NCBI GenBank assembly: GCA_964247055.1
Contig: OZ176057.1
Coordinates: 5,828,001-5,892,000 of the forward strand
DNA from: Paragordius varius
Lineage: Eukaryota; Animalia; Nematomorpha
DNA length: 64,000 nt
Direction: 5' to 3'
Positions 1 through 12,986 of the stretch are shown piece by piece. Under the pieces are notes generated by a model. The model made no database searches. It was not told the origin of the DNA and saw only the letters and a program-made list of their open reading frames with translations. Within the stretch, counting starts at the first letter, position 1, and every line of letters begins with the position of its first letter. A program made the position numbers and the translations under genes.

Positions 1-391
1 ATAATTTGCACTTTATAATGTGTTTTTATTTAAATTAATCAAGAAGATTTATAAAGTATGGTTGTCTTTTAGAAAAAAATTTGTCTTTATATTTTTACGT
101 TTTGGACCTATATCAATTTTTACCGTAAATAAACCACTTATATGAAAGTTTAAGTTTAAATTTAGTTATCAAACCCTGTTCTCACGCTTTATAAAACACA
201 CTCATATTTTTTGCTTTTCTAACTCGGAATTGAAAAGAACAGCTCATATTATAATGAACATTGTCAAATATTTGCTGCTAAAATTTATAAGTCTTCCATA
301 TTTAAATATTTTTGTTTTTAACCATATAAATTACTTGCCTGTTGTCTTAACAATTTAACAATTAAAAAAAATGGCACTTAAAAAGTGTTAA

Positions 392-957
392 CACTTGGAT
401 ACAACACATTCATTTTGTCCTTCGATTTAAACTGGGGTAGTTGGATACCCCAGGCCTCTTTAAAGTTGAATATTTTAAAAAAATATGGAATGAATTGAGA
501 CCTTGGCAAAAATTTGCACTTTTATAACATTAATGAACCGAAATATCTAAAAATTTTCGTTCATAAATACCTGATATTAATTATTTTTGGTTAAAACCTC
601 AAGGTAAAAATTTAGTACATGACATGTGTGTATTAGCTAAAATTGAAAATAATACAAAATAAACCATGTTTTCATTTTTTTATCAATGTTAGATGAATTA
701 AATAAAAAATTAGCTTTAAAATCAAATAAACGCGATATTTTGCAAAAATGTTGTAGAATAAAAATGGCGTCGAAGTAGTTTGATATGGTTTTTTTTTCAA
801 AGCCAAATTTTATTTAGATATTTCTGTTTATTTATATAATTTTGATTAGGATAGAAGCATAAATTTAAATTAGGACCATTTCTTTCAGTAGTTTTTTTAA
901 AAATATATATTTAAATATAGTCTGGCGTATTTAGATACCGCAATTTGAATCGAAGTG
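392..957 (-). mobile_element. Non-autonomous piggyBac-like element (about 570 bp), copy 1
   Basis: Flanked by TTAA at 388-391 and 958-961. Ends CACTT...AAGTG with an asymmetric subterminal inverted repeat (cttcgattcaaattggggta). Homologous to 30458-31035 and 52106-52666 in the opposite orientation. No transposase ORF. Confidence 0.8.
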
Positions 958-1358
958 TTAAATAAGGATTTTTACAATTGTGTAAATCATACACTTAAAA
1001 AACTAAAGAATATATATATATATATAAATTTGAACCAATTTGATTTTTAATATATTTAATTTTACTTGGCGAGATGTAAAACCACCCCAAAAAGTTAATT
1101 AACTACCAAAGAATATACTGCATATTCCAAAAACACACATAAAATGTTATATCTAAAAAACACAAATTATATTACTTTTTAGAAAGTAACCACAAAAAAA
1201 TTTGTTTATTTTATTTTTTAAAAATTATATAATTTTATAAAAATATTTAGCATTTAAAGCAAATATAGAAGCCCTCTAAAATGTTATAAAGCCAAAGAAA
1301 TTCTGTTATCAATAAGCATATTAATGTTAAATATTAAAAAATGAATGCGTACGCTTAC

Positions 1359-1405
1359 ATATTTTTCACATATCATTTTTTTTAATTTATCTAAAAGTTT
1401 GCTTT

Positions 1406-1451
<46 letters not shown>

Positions 1452-4400
1452 ATAGAAACGCATGGTGAATTAAATTTGTATTAATTAATATTTTATTATT
1501 ATTCTGAAATCAAAATATTGTAATTACCACAGCTTGGAAAATCTAATATATATATATATATATGGCATTTGAAAATTTGAATTACAGTAAAAATTGAAAT
1601 TATACGGATACAAAAAACGTAAAAATAAAAATACAAATGTTATTCAAAATACAAATGTTTATTTTTTTTAAGTATTACTGATTGTTTTAAAAACTGCAAA
1701 TTATAAAATAGTGAAACAATCAATTATGCCTTAAATGATTTTTATCAATTGATTTTTATAGGATAAATTAGGGTTTAAAAAGTAGGTTGTCCCTTAAAAA
1801 AAATTTGTCTTTTTATTTTTACGTGTCTCCGTATAATTTCAATTTTTAGCGTAATTAAAAATGTTATGAAATATTTTAAGATAAACAAATTTAAGAGTGT
1901 CGGATTGAAAAAATATATAAAACTATAGACTTACAGTAACAACCTAAATGCAAAAACATTTTATTTATTATATATGCATTAAATTTCACCCTTAAACGAT
2001 TCAAATTCACCTTTGAACAATTCAAATACACCCTCAAATAAAATATATGTTTTTTAAGATTAAAAACCTATATTTTATATATTTTAAAAAATAAAAATTT
2101 TGTTTTAAATTGAAATAATACTGACAAAATAATAAACTATACCATAAACATATATTTCATATTAATAATGAGTTATATTAGTTAGAAAACACATAATTTA
2201 TTTTTAGGGTGAATGTGAATTGTTCAAAGGTAAATTTGAATTTTTCAAGGGTGAATTTGGTATATTTATAGAATTTCAAATTAAATATTGTATTTAAAAT
2301 TTACCTGTCCCGGGACCTAATAATTCAAACAAAACAAAATATATATATGTAAATTTAACTAAAAAACCAATTGTTAAAGTATCATATTTACAGTCAAAAC
2401 TGAAATTATACAAAATGACAAAACGTAAAAATAGAAAGACAAATATTTTTTTAAAAGACAACCAACCATACTTTTTAAATCTCTTGATTTATTCAATATA
2501 ACTAACTCTTTGTTTTAAATGGAAAATTGTGTAAATAGAGATATATTTTACAAACATAATCAATTCTATATTTTACAATTGTGTAACTAAATAGCTTATA
2601 TGGGAAACATTTAAATTTTAAAAGGTATGGGCTTGTCTTTTAGATAACTATATTTGTCTTTATATTTTCACGTATTTTCCATATAATTTCAATTTTTACT
2701 GTAATATTTGAATGAACTTTTCTTGTAACTTAAAAACTATGTCGCTTTGAGAAGCGATTATAATTATAATTAATAAAATTCCTCCATTCCGCAATAACTG
2801 GTGATAATCGCTATTTTTACAAAAAAACTATTTTTATATAAATTTTAAACTAACTTAAACATCATTACATTTTTAATTTATATTTTACTGAAACAAAACG
2901 TCATAAAGATAAAGTAAAATATTTTCTATTTTCTTCAAGAAACCATTGTAATTATTTGAATTTGATTTTTTGGATATAAGTCATTGTCTTAAATTTTAAA
3001 AATTAGAGTTATAAATTGATTACGATTTCATTTAAATATTTATGTAGGAAAAATAAAATTTAGAAAAAAGTATGGTTTTTATATTACATTATATCTATAT
3101 ATTTTTCCATTTTTATTGTATTTAATTTTCAATTCTATTTTACAAGTTATATAACGCCAAAATTTATTTTGACAATGTTTTCTAATTTAAAATTTTTGGA
3201 ATTTATAATTTAAGAGTTGATAAGATTTGAAAATAAAAATTTAATAAATAAAAGTAAAACTAAAAATATTTACATATGGGCTGTGAAGGCTTATCCACAG
3301 GAGGTTTACTTGGGGGAGGTGCAGGGGTCGTACTTGGTTTGGTCGTATAATATAGGTAACCTTTAAAAAAGGTAACATAAATAAGTAAAATATAGAGATA
3401 AAATGTATTCCATTTTTCAGTCAAAAACAATATTTTTCCCCAAGTAAAAAATGTTTTTACGTGTTTTAGTTTGATTAATTTTCTTGCGTTTAGTTGATAA
3501 AATGTTGCGTTTGCTTGAAAAATGTTGGTTTTGCTTAAAAATATTTAGTTTAGTTCACAATGTTGCCTTTAGTTGAATTATTTGTCTTTAGTTCAAAATG
3601 TTGTCTTAGTTGAAATAATGTTGCGTTCGGTTTAAAAAATATTCACTGTGCCTAAAAAAATGTTGAGTTTATTTCACAATGTTGCCTTTAGTTAAAATAT
3701 TTGTCTTTAGTTCAAAATGTTGTCTTTGCTTAAAAAATGGTTCTCTTTGCTTGAAAAATGTTTTCTTTGCTTAAAAAAATGTTAAGTTTTATTGAAAATG
3801 TCGCGTTGAGTTGAAAAATTTCGTATTTAGTTAAGAAAATACAGTATAAGTAAGATTGCTAGTTAATGCCAGATAACCTATAAATCAAAGGGAACAATTA
3901 TAATTTATAATCCAATTTTAGGCATTTTAACTACCATTTGCCAATAATAATTCTCTTTGCTTTATATGATTATTTGGAAATATTAAATGAAAAATTAGCA
4001 ATGTATATTAACATGCTTTTTTTTCAATGTACAATTAAAATTAAATTATATCAAAATTAACCAAAGTATTAAATAGTTATGATTTACATATTTCATGCAA
4101 AAAATGGGTTAATTTTTTTAACAAAAAAATTTTGTTTTCGGATAACTTATGACCAGCGAATTCATTTGCCGCAAAAATTATAATTTGTTGATCCCTGTAA
4201 CAAATTTGTTTTAACGCAAATCAATATTGTTAATATACGAATTTTTGGTTGATTTTCCATTTGTAAATTTTAAATAGTGTTAATTTATATACTTTATAAT
4301 TCCCGCTCATGTGAAATTTCAAAATAAAACAGTAAATTTTTTATAACTTATAAAACCAGATGATAAAAAAATAAAAAAGGTTATTTTTTAGTTTATTTTT

Positions 4401-6899
4401 TTCATATATAAGTTTTTTACTAAAAAAAGAATGTTATATAGTAGTGAGTTTAGTTGTAAATAATTAAAAAAATAAATTGTAGTTTCATAAAATTTTTGAC
4501 TTTTAAGCATGTTAAAAAACGCCATCTTTTGATGAGATTTTATGGAAATCCTAACTATATGATTTTAGGCTATTTATCGTATGTTGAAAATATCTCTAAA
4601 ATGATAATAAACCATAATATTTCATATTTTATCATTATTTTCTAAATTATCCTTGATTTTCACCCCTTTTTGCCCGATTTCAATTTTCTCTTAATATTTC
4701 AAAAACTAGGTCCTAACCAAATAAAAAATTTTACGGTAAAGAAATTCTCTGGTCATAAGCTACCTCATGAAAAATTTTTTCGTTAAAATTTTTTTTGGTG
4801 GGTATTAATTTAATATTAGGATTATAAAGTAATTTTTAATTCAATATTTGTTTTATATATATATATATATATAGTATTTATAAGTATACTTACCACCTAT
4901 ATTAATTAATAAAATAACATATTATTATAAAGTAAGTAATATCCAATTACAGTATGAGTAAGTATATATTGCTAGAAAGTTATTAATTATTGCCAAATAA
5001 TAAAAACAACAAAGGGCAATATTATTGGCTAATATAATAGTAAAAAGTGAAAAATTAACTATAAGCCAATAATACTTCCCCCTTTGTTGTATATAATCCT
5101 ATTTGGCAATAATTAATAACTTTCTAGCAATGTATTACTCAATAAAAGCTGAAATATAGAGACAAAAGGAAAATTTTAAAGAAAAGCATTATAAAAACAC
5201 AACCATAGCTTTTTTTTAAAAAAATTTGTCCAATAAACTATGGAGTTCTAAAATATATAATTGATTGTGATATTAATATACATTTCTATTTCATAATCGT
5301 AAACATTTAAAAAACATTTAAAAATTCAGCTGTTTTTGAGAAAAAATGTGTTTTTATGTTTTTAGTTTTGTCCGTATAATTTAAATTTTTATTGTATTTT
5401 ACACGTTACTGAAGATATGTATAATTGTAGGGATGCTTATTGCTTTAAAAATAATTTAGACCTTTATCTTTTGTTTTGCAACTATTTATATATAATTACA
5501 GTAAAAATTGAAATTATACGGACGAAACATAAAAATAAAAAGACAAATATTTTTTTCTAAAACACAACCATATATCCTATTAATACCATTTTATAACAAC
5601 CCTAAAATATATAATTAATTATGTTACCAATATATACATCTCTATTTTATACTTTGGAAACAATGAGATAAATTTAAATACATAAAAATTTAAAAGGTTT
5701 ATGGTTGTCTTTTAGAAAAAAAAATTTCTTCTAATTTTTTTTCTTGTCCATTTCATTTTTTACTGTAATATTATATCTATTATTTAGTAGCATAAGTTAT
5801 AAATTTTCATAGCTATAAAGTTTAAAATAAGTTATAAATGACAAAAAACCACTTTTTAACATGTAAGTTTTTTGGTTATTTTATACATGTTATGATTATT
5901 CAAATTACAGTAAAAATTAAGAGAACATTCAGTTACAAAAATTACAGTATTAGTAAGTAAGTATACATTGCTAGAAAGCTAAGAAAACTATTAATATATA
6001 CAACAAAGGGGGCAGTATTCTTGGCTTTTAGTTATTTTTTAATATTTTTCAATATTTCTCTATGTATGCTATTTAGCAAACAAATTAATAACTTTCGAGC
6101 AATGTATACTTACTCATAAAACATGGAATTTTTTAACAAGATAATTACACTTTTTGAACTAAAATCATTTAAAACTCATAATTTTGAGTTGCAAAATGAG
6201 AAGCACTGTAAGCTTTTAAGCTTGTCTTTTTAAATATCTGTCTAATGCCTGTAGATTTTCTATTTTTATTGTAAAAAAAATAAACTCAAAGTGTATACAT
6301 ATATATATATACAGTAAAAATTTAAATTATACGGACAAAACGTAAAATATAAAGATAATTTTTTTTATAAATGACAACCAACTATACTTTTTAAAGTTTT
6401 GATTTTTTTTTCAAAACTCATTAATTTATATTGCAAAGTGTGAAGAGATATATATTACTAACACAAACAATTTCATATTCATCAAACATCAAATAAAAAT
6501 TCAAAAAAAATTAAAAAAGTATGATGGTTTGTTGAAAAAAATGGTTGTCTTTTTTATATTTTTACGTTTTGTCCGTAAAAATTTCATTTTTTACCATATA
6601 TTATTATTATTATTTAAAAAGAAATAACTTACAAAAGGGCGCTATAAAAATATTTATAACAAATATATATATATATATATATATATAACTATATAAATCT
6701 TAATATAAATTACACAGGTAAGAGAGAAATTTTATTGACTATTTTGGTTTTACAGTAAAAATTGAAATTATACGGACAAAAGTTAAAAATATAAAGACAA
6801 ATATTTTTATCTAAAAGACAACTCCCCCATACTTTTTAAAACCTTAATTTTTCTCATATGAGAAGCTATTTAGTTACAATTGTAAAATCAAGAATTGAT

Positions 6900-6943
<44 letters not shown>

Positions 6944-8133
6944 ATTTCACGATTTGTCATTTAAAACAATCAGTTGGTTACATTGTAATAAATCAAAATT
7001 TAAAAAGTATGGGGTGTTGTCTTTTAGAAGCAAAAATATTTGTCCTTTAATTTTTACGTTTTGTCCATCCGTATAATTTCAGATTTTACTGTAATTGGTA
7101 GAAAGGTAATTCAATTTACTATATAATAGCCTGATCTTTTATGTTTAAACCAATTAAAATACAAAAATGTCCAACAAAAGCTCTCTTTACTGTGTATATA
7201 TATATATATATTATATATATATTATAGTAAATAAGGACTTACGATAGTCTATTGAAATATATATAAACAAACATATAATTATAATTTAAACATACAGTAA
7301 AAATTGAAATTATACTACGGACAAAACTTGAAAATATATAAAGACAATTTTTTTTAAAAAAAAGACAACCTGATAAATTTTTAATCTTATATTTTTTAAA
7401 TTTAACTCATTGTAAACTACAAAGTGTTATATAAAAATTTCAATTGGTAACACAATCAATTATGTATTTTACGATTGTAATTAAATGTTTTTTATAGGAT
7501 AAATTAGTAACAAAGTATGGTTGTCTTAAAAATTTGTCTATATATTTACATTTTGTCCGTATAATTTCAATTTTTACAGTAATATATAGATATAATATTC
7601 ATTTAAGTACAGTTAAAATTTTACGCTTAAAAACTCCAACAAAAAAGCAATTTTAAATTTCAATCGATATTGGTTTCAACAAATTATTTATTCAGCTTAA
7701 TAAAATATACCATTTAAAATTTAAATTTACCCTTGACCAAATTAATTTTACCCTCGAACAATTCAAATTCACCCTTGAACAATTCAATTTCACCCTGAAA
7801 ATAAATTATGTCTTTTCGGGTAGCTAATATAACTCATCCATTTCTAATATATATTTATGGAGCCTATTTTTCAGTAGTATCATTTTGATTTTAAACAAAT
7901 TTTTTTTGCCAAAAATATAAAAATATATAGGTAATTTTTAATGTTAAAAACCGATAATTAATTGTTTAAGGGTAATTTTGAATTATCTAAAGGTGTATGC
8001 ATATTTGAACTGTAAATGGTATATTTTTTAAGGCATAGAAAATTTTAAAGTATGCTGATAAAAACTTACTGCAAGGATAGCCTTCTACATTATAAGCCAT
8101 CATCAATAATAGCGCCAGAAAAATCCAATTCAT
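1359..8133 (-). CDS. Secreted Tyr/Cys/Pro-rich protein encoded by phase-1 micro-exons (micro-exon gene A); 3' end unresolved
   Basis: Hand-spliced exons, all AG/GT: 8133-8070 (signal peptide MNWIFLALLLMMAYNVEG-YPC, donor GTAAGT), 7248-7243 (6 nt, GTAAGT), 6641-6633 (9 nt, GTAAGT), 4896-4894 (3 nt, GTAAGT), 3360-3274 (87 nt, GTAAAT), 2316-2305 (12 nt, GTAAAT), 1943-1935 (9 nt, GTAAGT), 1542-1528 (15 nt, GTAATT), probably 1390-1359 (32 nt, GTAAGC). Joined open frame: MNWIFLALLLMMAYNVEGYPCNYPPFCGYLYYTTKPSTTPAPPPSKPPVDKPSQPICPGTGCYYFPSCDKLKKMICEKY. Candidate last exons: 1302-1276 or 277-182. No family recognised. Confidence 0.68.
3470..3835. repeat. Degenerate minisatellite, 19-21 nt units (e.g. 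ttagttcaaaatgttgtct)
   Basis: About 18 consecutive imperfect units read directly; lies in an intron of micro-exon gene A. Confidence 0.8.
4950..5144. mobile_element. MITE family C (TA-CAGTATGAGTAAGTA...), Tc1/mariner-type ends
   Basis: Long inverted arms (attgctagaaagttattaattattgccaaata / tatttggcaataattaataactttctagcaat). Related copies at about 5945-6118, 32515-33044 (with nested MITE-B) and a partial copy near 43880-43995. Confidence 0.7.
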
Positions 8134-10259
8134 AATTCCTTTTTCTTATAAGATCTCCTCTAAAGAAAATATAATAAAATGATCAAAAAATTTATACCAA
8201 CAAAATTACAGGCAGAAAAGAATATATAAGGGTAAAAGTGTGGAATATATCCAAAAAAAATTTAGATATTGCGATTTTTTACAGGGAATTTTATATGTTG
8301 TTTGTTGTTTATATAAGATTATGTTGGTTTTAATGACAATTTCAATTTATCTATAAAGGACATACCATACCCTAAAGCTTTATTCCATAGTATATATATA
8401 TGTAAAAAATTTTTTAATATACCACATATCCTATTATAATTAAATTAAGAAAGAATTTTTTTAATAAGATTGTTCAAAACAAATTTCTCAAACCAAAAAA
8501 AAGCTTAAAGCTAAATATACTTGTTTTTGTGGTTTGTGGTAAATAATATTTTATATTCTAAATACCACTGTATTTACTTAATAACAATCACATTTAGATT
8601 GAATGACACTTTTAAACGACTCATATATAATTTTTCAACAATATAAAAAGGGTGACATAAAAGTATATGCAAAAATTATATATAAAAGCAACGCAATTCC
8701 TGATAAAGTTCGATAATACAATTTATAGGAGGAACCACAGAATAAAGTATAATTGATTTAATTCCCACAGTTTTAGTTTTTTTTATTTACCCCTTTAGAT
8801 TTAGAGATTGTGGTCTATTAAATACAAGGGGCTATACTCCATATCATATTGTGGCGAATTTTTACCCCTCTTATACCTTTTGAAATTTTTTAGGTAGAAT
8901 CACTACTTGAGAATCCCGAAAAAATTAAAAATTGTTAATAATTTTATAACTAAAAAAAAATTTTTAAAAACCATTGTATAGAATTAATTAGTATCAGGAT
9001 GCCATATTTCGTAAAATCAAAAGCACGAAAAGATATTTAGACGGATACATAGACGATCGAATCACACAGACGCCATTTTTTCATCTGACAACGCCAAACA
9101 CAAAAAAGTGGAGCTTGCCATAAAAAACTACACCTTATCCTTCAAAATAATCAAAATAATTATGTATCGAAATTCGTGTGCCTTACAAAAACTTTTGAGG
9201 AGAATTTCTATTTTACTCAAAACAAAAAAACAGAACAGTGGCTGTGAAAGTCAGCGTATAGAAACAGATGGTGAATATGCGTCGAAATTAATTTAACAAG
9301 CTATGAATTCAGTAAAAGACAGTGGACGCTTTGGTTAACCAAACAACTGTGAATACGATAAAGTCCAAGAATTAACAATTATTGGCAAAAGCATTTCAAG
9401 TAAAAAGTTCCTTGAATCTGTAGGTCCCACAAAACGGAAAATTTTTGTGAAATCCTGCTTCAAAGTCTATACGTTTTTTCATCGAATTATGACGGCTAAT
9501 GAATAAAAATCAATCGCTTTATTTTGTAAATTAAAAACGGAAAAACTAGTAATTTTTACCCCTGATAATCTGGTTTATGAATTAACACCTTCCAAGTGAC
9601 AAGAAATCATGCTCTGTGAGTGATAATAAGTATACACTTTCAAAAACCCAAATTATTACACAAAGGGTAACAAATGATTATTTTAAACCTATTTGTATAA
9701 ACATTTTATGGAGATTATTTTTCGTAGCTTACCATTGCAATTTGAAGTTATAGATAGAGTACTTCCTATCAAGCAATATTATGGCTTTATGAAACTTTAG
9801 ATTTAAAGGAATGTATGTTTATTATTTACTATAAAGATGGCGTTTTCCGCCGTTAAAATTTGTTATTTTCTGAACTAAACCTATTTTTATAAATTAAAAA
9901 ACCACAGGGATGTATGAGTTAGAAAAATCTATCAAAGAGATTTTGCCACGTGACATTGGTCTCAGCAAAAGTAGTGAACGACATTTTAAAATCTCTTAAA
10001 CGTAAAAACTATTACGCACCCGCTGTAGTCTTTTGAAAACTGAGGTTACTTTGCTGCCACTGTAAAATTCCTGGTTTATGTCATAATATGTTACCGTTTC
10101 AGGACTTATTCATATGTTTTGAATGAAGAAAGCAGGATTGTGTAAATCCACCTTTGTATATCCTTGTAAAACAACGTAAAGGAATTTCAAAACCATCCGT
10201 TAAAAAAGGATTAATAAAGTTTACCGCAAATGATAATCAGTTTTTTTGGAATAACTTAT

Positions 10260-10298
<39 letters not shown>

Positions 10299-10789
10299 TA
10301 CTCTGAGAGATGGGCGCAAAATGTTTTGAATCCGATATGAAACATTTTAAATAAACCATATAAAATTGATTTCCTTTAATTTTATATTTTGATTTTTTTT
10401 AGTTTTCGTTTTTTATATTTGACAAAGATAACCAATAATTGTAATAATCAAAAAATTATATTTTAAATTAATTATTTCTGGATTATAATCACAATATATA
10501 TATTTGCATTATTTTTGTAAAAGGTCGCAAAATACAAAAAATTAAATATAAAAATTTTATTTTAGCTTTGGTAATATTATATTTTAAGATATTTTTGTAA
10601 CACAACTTGAGTTGAGTGGCATCAAAGAGCATGTTAAATTCGTCTAATTTACAGAAATTTTAGGGGTAATAATTTTCAACCAATTTAATAAATTAACTTT
10701 TTGAATTATAATATGCATTAAAATATGGGGCAATATTTGCGTTTTAACTAAAGGCTAATGTAAGTTTCTTGTAAAATATATTATATATA

Positions 10790-11072
10790 CCATTTACAGT
10801 TCAAATTCACCCTTGAACAATTCAATTTTACCCTAAAAATAAATTATATGTTTCCCAAATAATATAACTCATTATTAACATGAAATATATCTTAATGACA
10901 TAGAGTTTATTATTTTTTCAATATTATTTTAATTTAAAGCAAAATTTTATTTTTTAAAAATATATAATATAGGTAAATTTTAATTTCAATAAAACATATA
11001 ATTTATTTGAGGGTGAATTTAAATTGTAGGGTGCATTTGAATTGTTCGAGGGTGAATTTGAATCGTAAATGG
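10790..11072. mobile_element. MITE family B copy (TA-CCATTTACA...TGTAAATGG-TA)
   Basis: Terminal inverted repeats with TA flanks and subterminal 21-nt repeats (cccttgaacaattcaaattca). More than 20 copies or fragments across the window. Confidence 0.88.
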
Positions 11073-11360
11073 TATATATATAAACTGGTATTCAATATTA
11101 TGAAATCTAAATTTAACTATTTTAAATTTTATTATATTTTCACATTTTTTCATTACATATTATGATTTATTTACTTAATTATAAATAAGATAAAAATGGC
11201 ATTCAACAACCTTCAAACAACATAATTTAACATGTGGTGTTTTAATATTTTAGGGAATTTTACGAATATTTTGAATGCAATATGTCATTCACTATCTAAA
11301 ACATTTTATTAATTTTGCCTTTCGATTGCCAAAAATATGTTGTCTTTTACCAAATGCATA

Positions 11361-11367
11361 TATAAAA
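11361..11367 (+). promoter_or_regulatory. Candidate TATA box of antistasin-like gene 1
   Basis: TATAAAA about 80 nt upstream of the ATG, within a block conserved with the paralog promoter (16165-16171). The AT-rich background weakens this call. Confidence 0.4.
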
Positions 11368-11446
11368 GTCGTCGAAAAATATTTTTAGTTTAGAGATAAA
11401 TTTACATTCTTTTAAAAAATTTTGATTTGAAAACCAAAAAAAAACT

Positions 11447-11830
11447 ATGAAACATTTTAAATTCCTATGTTTGCTAAGTTTGATTTGCGCTCTTTGGGTT
11501 TCTCAAACGGTTAAAGCTGACATTGAAGAACACGAACCCGAAATCGAAGGGCAAGAGGGTCGCCATTGGGGTTACAGTAAGTGTTTTATACATAAAACTA
11601 AATTTTTTGATTTTTTTTTCCACTACTATTTTTGAGGAATATTCTAAAAATTTCTAACGCGCAGCCCTCTAATATTATATGTGCGTCCCCCTGATAAAAT
11701 TGAAAATCCATAATTTGCAAAAATTCGCTGATAAATTGGATGGAACTTGAAAAAATTATATTATTATAATGTGTTTTCATTTTACAGTCTCTTATATGTC
11801 CGAAATCTAATAATTTATTTTTGAAAGAAT

Positions 11831-11865
<35 letters not shown>

Positions 11866-12986
11866 TATATATTTTTGCGAAACCATTCATATATTTCATA
11901 CCTCTGGATTATACTATAGTACAGGGGTTTTCAAATGCGGCCCGCAAATATTACTGCAGTTCGCGTGAATTTTAAACACTAAATTATTTTACGGAATCAT
12001 CTTTGTAAAATTAATTTTCTTTAAATAAATTTTTGGAATACAAGGTAAAAATTGAAATTATACTATGGACTAAACGTGAAAATATTATGACATATATTTT
12101 TTTTGAAAAATACAACAATACTTTTTTAAACCTTAATTTATCCTAGAAAAACATTTAATTTCCACTATATATAATTGATTGTGTTACCAATTTACATTTC
12201 TATATTATACTTTGTAGATTAATCAGTTATTTTTAAAAAATATCAAGATTAAAAAAGTATGGGGTTGTCTTTTAGAACAAAATATTTGTCTTTATATTAT
12301 CACGTTTGGTCCGTATAATTTAAATTTTTACCATATATATATATTTTATAATATTGGCTTAGTGACTCTTAGCTTTTCTTATAAATAAGCGTTTTTTTCC
12401 AATTTATACGATCTTGAGACTTTCTGAATTAATGATATCAAAAAACCGGTTTTTGGGGCGGTTTCTTACCAACCCGAATGTTTTTACTAGAAAATCGGAT
12501 CTAAGAATGTGATCTAGATATTCTTAAATGCTTCTAGAACACCAAATCGTAAAACAAAAATTCTGGTTTCAGGAAGTTAAGAATATATGAATTGGATATG
12601 TTAGCTTTCCAGGAAATACCCTTATATATAAAATTAAATTATATCACATTCATTTATATTTTAAAATGGTAAGGTTATAACTGATTTAATGATATCGAAA
12701 AACCGGTTTTTGAAGAGGTCTCCAAGGTGAATGTTTTTAGGGAATCTAAAAAAGGAATATGGTCTAAATATTCTTAAATGCTTCTAGGTCCTTAGATCGT
12801 AAAACAAATGTTAGTGAATAATTTCCAGGAAATACCCTAAATATTAAATTTTATCACATTTATAGTTTAAAAATGATAATTTTATTTGTGGATCTAGGGT
12901 GTGGCCGTGTAATTTGCCTTTTGTATTGTCCGCATGGATATTGGCGAGACCACAGAGGATGTAAAATATGTCGATGTCGCTGGTAA
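11447..12986 (+). CDS. Secreted single-domain antistasin-like (I15-type) peptide precursor 1, 72 aa
   Basis: Exon 1 11447-11576 (signal peptide plus acidic propeptide DIEEHEPEIEGQEGR, donor GTAAGT, phase 1). Exon 2 12898-12986 after ctag. Mature region HWGYRCGRVICLLYCPHGYWRDHRGCKICRCRW* has the antistasin pattern C-x4-C-x3-C-P-x-G-Y-x2-D-x2-G-C-x2-C-x-C. Confidence 0.88.
12431..12880. repeat. Tandem duplication (2 x about 200-240 bp) in the intron of antistasin-like gene 1
   Basis: Shared blocks atgatatc(a/g)aaaaaccggttttt, atattcttaaatgcttctag, tttccaggaaataccct at 12431-12665 and 12687-12880. Confidence 0.8.

Noticed and set aside
4154-6248. Extra minus-strand exon candidates in gene A introns: 4194-4154 (41 nt), 6248 onward, 5601-5587 (15 nt)
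   Set aside because: They are non-symmetric, have weak donors, or contain a stop in phase 1; the chain is coherent without them.
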